Part shown: positions 25,223-34,200 of the stretch, piece by piece
How positions within the stretch are numbered: the first letter of the stretch is position 1
Layout of the letters: every line of letters begins with the position of its first letter
Virus record (IMG/VR): IMGVR_UViG_3300031669_000031
Coordinates: 1-58,575 of that record
Origin: a virus
Lineage: Duplodnaviria; Caudoviricetes
Strand: one strand, 5' to 3'
DNA length: 58,575 bases
Position numbers and translations under genes: made by a program
Notes under the pieces: model-generated
The model's input: the letters and a program-made list of their open reading frames with translations, nothing else
The model's database searches: none
What the model was told of the DNA's origin: nothing

Positions 25223-28200
25223 ATGACAGTCGATGATGTAGTTAAAGATAAGCCAGCTACTAAACAGAAGGTCTATATTCCTTCATATAAAGAGATGAAG
25301 GAAAAGGCAGAGGCACTATCCATGAAGGGAGAGCCTGATGTTATTGGCCCATATGCCAAGCAAACCGAAGAAGCAAGGCTGAAAGAAGAACAGTGGCAAC
25401 AGAAAAACGCATTTCAGAAGTTCGGGGCAGGTGCAAAAGCCGGAGGATTAGGTATGGCATCCGGGGTGGAATCATTCATTGGAGAGATGCTTCCATTACT
25501 GAGTTCAGCTTCAGGTATGGCAGGATGGCAGCCAGATGCATATATAGCCAGTAAGGTACTTCAAAACAAAGCCAGAGAGACACTTGCCAATCGAAAAGAA
25601 ATATACGGTCATGGAACTATGTTCGAATTTGGAACAATGGCTCCGCTACTTGCAGGTATTGTCGCATCAGGAGGCGCAGGAGTAGCAGGGGCAGGTCTGG
25701 CAGCCTCACTTATCGGAGAGGGAACACTGGTTGCAATGACAATGGATGTATATGGAAACTCAATACTCGAGCAGGAACTATACCAGGAGGAAACAGGAAA
25801 AGAGATCAGTGAATTACAGAAGCAGGCAGTAGCACTCGCATCAGCGGCAGCCATGCTTGTTGCCGGGAAGGTTGTAGGAAGTGGTGTGAAAGGAGTCAAT
25901 AAGATCCTTGGGGAATCCATATCAGCAACTCTTAAAGAATCCCCGGATATTGCAACTAACATTCTCAGGCGATATATCGCAGATACCCCGGCAGCAGTAC
26001 AGAAAATAGGCAGGCTGGCATGGGAGACATCAAAAGAAGCCGGGAAATCAGGTTTAATATTTGGCGCAATGACAACAGCGCAGGATATACTTGCCAACCT
26101 GAATAAATACCCTGAAGATCGCCTGCTATTTGAAGAAGTAGTTACAAATACTCTCCAATCAATCAAGATGGGAGGCATGTTAGGTGCATTCCTTGGACCA
26201 TTTGCCGCAGGACAAAGTGAAGTGTATCACTATATGAGGCGCAAAAAATCAGGGTTTAATATCATTCAGACAAAGGACGGACAGACATACGAGAAAGTAA
26301 GCGACCATCCCCTTGACCCTACAAAGGTAACGGTACTTGACCGGAAGATGAACATCAAAGATATCAACCGGGAGGATATTGTGGATCAGGTATCGATGAC
26401 TGCACCGGAGAAAGAACAACTACTCGATGCATGGAAAACAAATCAGGATGCACTGCCGGAGATTGAGAAAGCTATCCTTACCAACAATACCAGACGAGTA
26501 CTTACCGACCTGACTAACAGGGTTGCAGAGATACATCCCAAGACAGGACAGCCGGTATCAGTTAATATGATGACTGATAAGGATGGCAATGGCTATTTCC
26601 GTAAGGTCACAAAGGAAATGGGTGACGGTACCTATGCCATGATGAGCAAGATTGAGCGCAGTCCTGATGGCTCTATGACGGTCAACGACATAATGGTCAA
26701 GATACTTGATCGGGAAGGCAATCCTGCTAATGGCTGGCGAACAGATAAGACATTGACACCTGAGGAGTTTATTCAGATGGGAGTCGATGCATACAGGGGA
26801 AAGAAAGGCTGGATTCCGGGAGTACCAGGTCAGGAACCAATAGTTGATGCAAAGACAGGCGAGCCAGTGGACCCTGTTATAAGACAAGCAAATCAGGATG
26901 CAGCCAATAAAGTTGCCAAGGTAGGTGATGAGATCAAATACATGGGCCGGGATTGGGAAGTGCAGGAGGTAGGATTCGATGGAAGTATCAAGATAACAGG
27001 ACTTAAAGACGGTGAGTACACAGGTGAGGAAATGAGCATCCCTCCTGAAAAGATATCAGAGGTCAATAAGGATATCAAAGAGCCTGAGGTTGAAATGGTC
27101 AAGGTTGACGGAGTAGAACAGGCCGCACACCAGGGACCACCTTCATATGAGAAAGACGGTAATTCCGTATCAAAAGGTTATATCAGGGGAGCCATCCGCA
27201 CAGCAAAGTCACCAAAGGACTTATACGGTCTGAAATGGGAGAATGACGAGGAGCTCAATCAGATGTATAAAGCCAAGTTCCCTGAAATGGTGCAAACCTA
27301 CATGATCGGAAAGGATGAAGTGGAGAGGGATGAAGTACTTGGAGCTATCAACCATGCATCAGATCCGGCAGGCCTGACAGATATCAAGATCAATCTTGAC
27401 ACCGAATTGCAGGGAATGCTCGATGCTAAGCTGGCATCATTGGGAGTAGTGCCTGAGGTTGCCCCTGTTGAGGGGGAGACAGTTACGGAGAAAGGCTCCG
27501 AAAAGCCCCAAAAAGCCCCGGAGAAAAAACCGGCACCCGAGAAGGAGATTACACAAGCACCGTCGAAGCCAGCGCCTGAAGAGAAAAAGCCAGCTATAGA
27601 TCAGGAAGGGTTAAAATCAAGACATCAAACATTTGCTAACTGGTTTGAATTACAATATCCTCAATACAAAAATGATTATAAACTAAATACATTTGTTGAT
27701 GGTGATGTTTATATTCATGTTCCGGGAACCGCTATTCATATAAAAGAATCTGAAATGCCTGATGAGGATTTGATGAATAAGCGATTGAAAAATAAAAATA
27801 TTACAGAGAAAGAAAGATTAGAAATTCAAAATGAATTAAATCTACTAAATCAAGCTAAAGAGGTCGGACAGCCGGAGACAGAAGTAGTTAGTGGGTCGGG
27901 TAAAACTGATATTGGTGAATTTACAGTTGAGTCTTTGAATAAAAGAGCAATTCAGTATGGTCTTATAAGTAGGGATAGAGGGACTGATGTGATTGATATA
28001 ATTCTAAATGGAATGGAGACGGGACTTGCTCCAGACATAGCGAAGATACCTAAGAAAGAATGGGATCAATTACGATTAGATGCCTTTGATATAAGAAATA
28101 ATTTATCAAGAAGAATTGAAGGAAAGGAAACAGCACCGGCAGAAGCCCCTGCCTCAACCAAGCCGGAGAAAGCGCCTGAAGTAGTTGAAGGAGGGCGCAA

Positions 28201-31200
28201 GACCGCAGACAAGATCAGCACAGAGCTCACAGAGGCCGGTAATGAAGTTGAGCCAAGACCAACAGAAGCACAGATAGAGGCTGGCAATTATCCGAAAGGG
28301 CATATCTCAATACTTGGAATGAATATATCCATTGAGACAGCAGCAGGGGGGATAAGATCAGGCACTGATCCCTCAGGAAAGAAGTGGAGTATTATGATGA
28401 ACCATGATTACGGTCACATTCTTGGCACTGTATCTACTGATGGAGAGCCGGTTGATGTATTCATTGGGAAGATTGAACCGGGGCAGAAGGTGTATATTAT
28501 TTCTCAGCTAAAACCAGAAACAGGAGAATTCGATGAACTGAAAATAATGCTCGGATTTAATTCTGAATTTGATGCCAGAGCAGGATATCTCTCTAACTAT
28601 GAACCAGGATGGAAGGGATTAGGTGAAATTACAACCATGAGGTTATTAGACTTTAAAGAAATTGTCTTTACAAAGAACCGAACTCAAAGACCTATAGCTA
28701 CAGCAGGATGGAAGGAGATTGATGGCAAATATATCAACAAGGAGTGGTTATCTAACGAAAAGACTTATGGCAAGGCAGAGCCAATCGTATCAACCGAAGG
28801 AATAACTTCTCCTGGCATCGACATAACAAAGAAAGAGTTTGCTGTACTGGATATAACAAAGGGCCTTAAATCAGCATATCGCAGACAGTATCTTGATAAG
28901 TTGGGCATTGATGAGGCTGAATATGCTGCTATTAAAGAAAGCCTGTATAAGAAAAAGTTATTGCTTGCTAATGGAGGAATTGAAGGAATAGGCCGGGCAG
29001 TAGTAGCAGGATTATACAAGAGAGCAGGAGGGAACGCTATTAGTGGCGATGCTTATAGAGATCCTAACAGTAAAGTATGGAAATTATGGGACACACAACT
29101 TAAAACTGATGAGCAAGGACAAACTGAAAAACCGATTCAACCAGACATTACTCCAGAGGGCGAATTCGCAGGGGATATCGTACCAGGAGGCACAGAAACA
29201 GGCATTGGAGGAACTGAAGCGCAAGGTGAGCCAGAACCTGCAAAACCACAATTCGCAGGGGAAAAGGTAAAGTACACTCCCTTTGATGAATGGGACAAAA
29301 GCCTGATCAAAGCCCGGGACTATGCAAGGCACATCTTCTCTACAGAGGAGCTTGATGCATTGCAGGCATCCGGTGATCTTGTATGGAATAATACTGAGAG
29401 TATCGTTAGTGTTATCAATAAGAAGCTTAGCGAGGTTGAGCCGGAAGTTACTGTAGAGAAGCCCAAGCCTGCATTTGCCGGGGAAGTAGTAACGGTCAAA
29501 AAAGAAACTAAGAGTGTTGTCACAAAGAAACTTGATAAACAATCAGCAATCAAAGAGGATAAGATATTTAAGGAGCAGAAGAATCAGTTACTCGATGACT
29601 TGATTGCCGCAGAAGACTTACTGTTGGGGAGTAATAAAGAGAAAGTCCGTACTAAAGAACAAGAATTAAGGAAAGAGCCTGAGATAGATGAAAGTACTGT
29701 TGATGGTTACATAGTGAGTGAATATGAATACAAACTTGATTCTCTCCCTAAAAAAATCGAAGCTAAGTTAAATAAGCTCGGAATAAAGGTTAATGACGGC
29801 AAATTAATTATTGATATCTACAAGGATGGCACTGTAGAGGTTGGCGATATTCGGACAGCATTGAGAATAGTTGACAAGGGATTTCCGACACGGTTAAAGG
29901 AAAAAAAATACACTACCGGGCCGGGGAAGATTGGTAAATCACAGTATTGGGATAAAGCTGTATCATATGGCAGTTTAAAGGAGTCTGAGAGGCGTGTGGC
30001 CCTGGCAGAGGAGAACTTATCAAATGCAGTTAAAAATGGCAACAAGGGCCTTCAGAAAGTCATGGAGGAGCAATTAGCCGAAGTCAGAGCTATTCATGAA
30101 GTAGCAAAGAATGTTGACTATGAAAGATTAGCAAAGCAGGATAAGATTAATGCAGACGTAGAATTCAATGCCTTATGGGAAAAGAATGCTCAACAATACG
30201 ATTTTGATAATGTTCGAAAAGAAGAATTATTTGATATTCTTGAAAAAGAAGGTCGCCCCACTGAACTTACTTATGAATCAGTACAGCCATTGGTACTAAG
30301 GACACATCTGGTGAAAGAGGAAAAAACTGTTAAGGAGAAGATTATAGAGAGTAATACTAAATTACATGAGCTGAATCTGGAATTATCTGAAAAGTTTTCT
30401 CGCAAAGATGGTAAGGGTTTGAAGTTACCTAAAACACAATCAGAGACATTTACTTTAAGATCGCTACAAAATCAGATAAGGCATCTCGAACATGAAATTG
30501 CTGATCTGAAAAGATATGAACCTGAAATAAATAAACTGAGCGAAGAGCCAGCTGTACCAAAAGAGGAGAAACCTGTTACAGAAGCCCTGAAGGTAGAGAC
30601 ACCTGTAAAAGAACTCCCCACAACAAAGGATAAGATAAAGTTCACAAGAGGAGGAAGGGAATGGACGGCTGATGTTGAGCATGTATTTCCTGATGGCAAG
30701 GTGCAGGTAGATGTGTTTGGGAGGAAGATTGTCAATCCGGGAGAATACATTATTGTCGGAAAAGAAATGCCTGTAGATGGGATTATCTTTAAAAACAAGG
30801 TTTATAAATCTATGGATCAGGTTCTCGAGGCCATAGACAAAGGGGAAATAGGATTTGATGAGTCTAAGCAGTTACGAGAGGATATAAGCAAGGTTGAAGA
30901 TATTCCTAAAGTACAAGGCCCGGTTCCGGAGTTTGCAGGTAATGCAGTTGAGCCTAATCCTATTGCGGAGATCCAGGAATTACCCCCTGCAGAAAAAGAA
31001 GATGAACCCACTATCGAAAGAGAAGTTGAGCAGCTTGAGGATCCGGAAGATGCGCCTGAAGATAAGCCAATGACAGAGAAAGATGCTAAAGATGAGAAAG
31101 TTGATTTCGATGAGGCTGATCAGATTATTGAAAAGGTTGGGCCAATAACAGACTTCGGGGAGAAGATCGGGGGAGCAAGAAAAGATGAAGCAGAATCAGG

Positions 31201-34200
31201 ATTCACGAGAGGCTCAAAAGAGAAGAAAGAGAAAGTTCCTGCATGGATGTCAGGATTCACTATACTCACCGAATTGGACAAATTTCGTCCAATAAAAGCT
31301 CATGGTCAGTTTATAATATGGAAATCTAAAGATGTATTTGATAGTGAAGCAGAGGCTATAGACCGCATCAAGCTGGTAGTAGTCGGGAGTAAGTTTAAAA
31401 TAGGCAAGGTAGGCGAGAAGGGTGATGACACTTATCATGTTTACCGTAGAGTAACAGATCGTAAGAGATATTCACTTAAAGGAGGATTTGCTGATGAGAA
31501 GGAGGCAATGAAATGGCTGATCGAAAATCAGGAGTACCTACTCAACTACAAACCATCTTTCCCTGTCAGACCGCACATTGAGAATCTTGAAAGAACAGGA
31601 ACTGTATATAGGCCAAATAATGAGAATATCACTACTGATCAATTCAGAGAAACATTTGGATTCACCGGTGGGGAGTTTGGTAATTGGGTGCCGCAGGATG
31701 AGAGACAGCGTATATTGAACATGGCATACGATGGCCTAATGGATCTTGCAAGGGTGCTTAATGTACCTCCAAGAGCATTATCATTGAATGGTCAGCTATC
31801 CATTGCCTTTGGCAAAAGAGGGCAGGGGTTGCAAGGAGCCTCAGCACATTATGAGCCAGCAAGAGCAGTATTTAATCTTACAAGGATGAAGGGAGCCGGA
31901 GCCGTTGCACATGAATGGTTCCATACACTTGATCATTATTTTGGAAGACTTGCGGAAGGGTTGCCGGGAGAAAAGACCCCGGGAGAGCAGTACGAAAAAA
32001 GAGGAATATTCCTTTCAGATACTGTAAATTATCGAATGAAAGGAGTAAGAGATGAACTAAAGAATTCATTTAATACATTACTTGAAGGGATATTTAAACA
32101 GCCAAAAATCATTGAAGTCTCAATTGAGCATTATGCCAAGACAGTAAAGAGATATGAAGATAATCTCAATTATTACCTTACAGGAGCCAGGCAGTCAATA
32201 GAGAGAGGTAAATGGTATGGTAATAAAACAAAACCAGGAGCTACCCCGGAACAGCTAAAACAATGGGATGATCTTGCGGCAAAGATTCAGGCAGGAGATT
32301 ATGGAGAACCAGTCCAGTATGAAACGAAAGAGAAAGGATGGAAGGGGTCAGTCGTTACAAGAGATAGTTTTACAAACATCATTGCATTAGATGAGATCGC
32401 AAAAAAGGTTCTCGGAAGAAGTTTTCTGACCAAGAATAGTAATTTAGCTACAGTAAGTCAAACAGCAAGGTTTACCATAGGCGCAAAGGAGCAACTTGCA
32501 AGATATGAGATTGATAACAAAGAAGAGCGAGACACTCCAACAAGATTCTACTATGATGCTAAAGACCTTGATAAGTTGAGAGTATCGGATTACTGGACCA
32601 CGAATCCCGAAATGCTGGCAAGGGCATTCGAGGCATTCGTTGAGGATCAGATATCAAAAAGGGGGAATGTAAGCCAGTATCTTGTTCACAGCACCGATAA
32701 TGAGAATTACAAAGACCCATTATTTGGCGATCAAAGGCCATATCCGGAAGCCGCAGAAAGAGAGAAATTTAATGAGTTATTCCAGAAGTTTTTCGATGTA
32801 ATGATGTCCGAGGAGAAAGGTGGTAAAACAATATTATACAAGAGAGATGTCCCTCCTATTTGGGACAATCCCAACTACCCGAAGTATAATTTTGAAAACA
32901 AAGGTTGGGCCGGTGACGAATTGGATGTAATGTTCGAACATGAGATGATGCGCAGGGCAAGAATAATGACAGATCATACCGGGGTACCTATTATTGTGGT
33001 CAGGACAAAAAATGATCTTCCTGAAAGAATTAAAGCGGATATGATCAGGCGATTCGGAAAGGTTGAAGATGCCGGAGTCCCTGCATTGTATGACAAGGTT
33101 ACAAATACTGTATATGCAGTACTTGAAGATACCAGGACAATAACAAATTTTGTCAGTAATATGGCTCATGAGATTATTGCTCATCATGGATTGCCTGCAC
33201 TGCTTGGAAATGAAGCTTACATAAATGTATTGCAGCTTACATATAGAGGTATGTCTCCGGTTGATATCATCAATATATCAGAGAATTGGAACGTCCCTGA
33301 GAGCGATTGGAAAACTATTGCAGAGGAATATATCGGGGAGATGGCTGGTAATGGACAGATGAATCCTAATCTTTGGCAGAGAATACTTTCTAAGATCCGG
33401 GAATGGATAAGGAAACTATTCAATATATCCATGTCCAAGGCAGAGATAATGAACCTGCTTCGTAAGTCCAGGGAAAACCTGCAGAAAAATAAGCCAGAGT
33501 ATCAAAATGCAGGGGAATACCTTGATGCCCTTACAGCCTATACAGCAAAACCGGAGCAGGCTAAAGGTAAATTCGGATATGGCATTCATGTTGGAGAGGC
33601 CAAGGTTATAACTGAATCCGTAAGCAAGGGGAATCTTGACTACCGGACATATTTTACCGTTGCTGAAAGTGTAATAGGAGAAAAACCCTCCGGATGGATT
33701 GAAAAAGCATTGATAAGCAGTAATTTTAATTACGAGGAGGCACTTGATTACCTTGATACAAAGATGGTCCAGTATTTTAAATCCGGGAAACAATATGATA
33801 TGGTCAGAGCAGCTCGTAATTACCTTGAATCATCACCTCCTAAGAATCCTGAAGGTCTATACAAGGTGCTTGTAGGTAAAGGCAAGTCGCCAGAGGAGCT
33901 TAACTTTCTCTCATGGGAGGATTCTGTTGAGCTAAACCAACAGGAAAGTATAATGAATCAACTGGATATTGAAGGTAAGTATGATTATTCAATACAAAAT
34001 GCTTTTAAATCCGGGAAGGATCTTTATAATAAGGCTGTTAAAATATTTGGTAGCGACAGAGAAGCTTCATTATTCTTATCCCGGGCAGGCATTGACGGCA
34101 TGGCTCATTCTGAAAGCAATCTTGGACCATTTGGCACTACTCATGGAGATAAGCAGTATGTTATCTATGACAATACTCCGGTTGAGATTATTAATGAGAT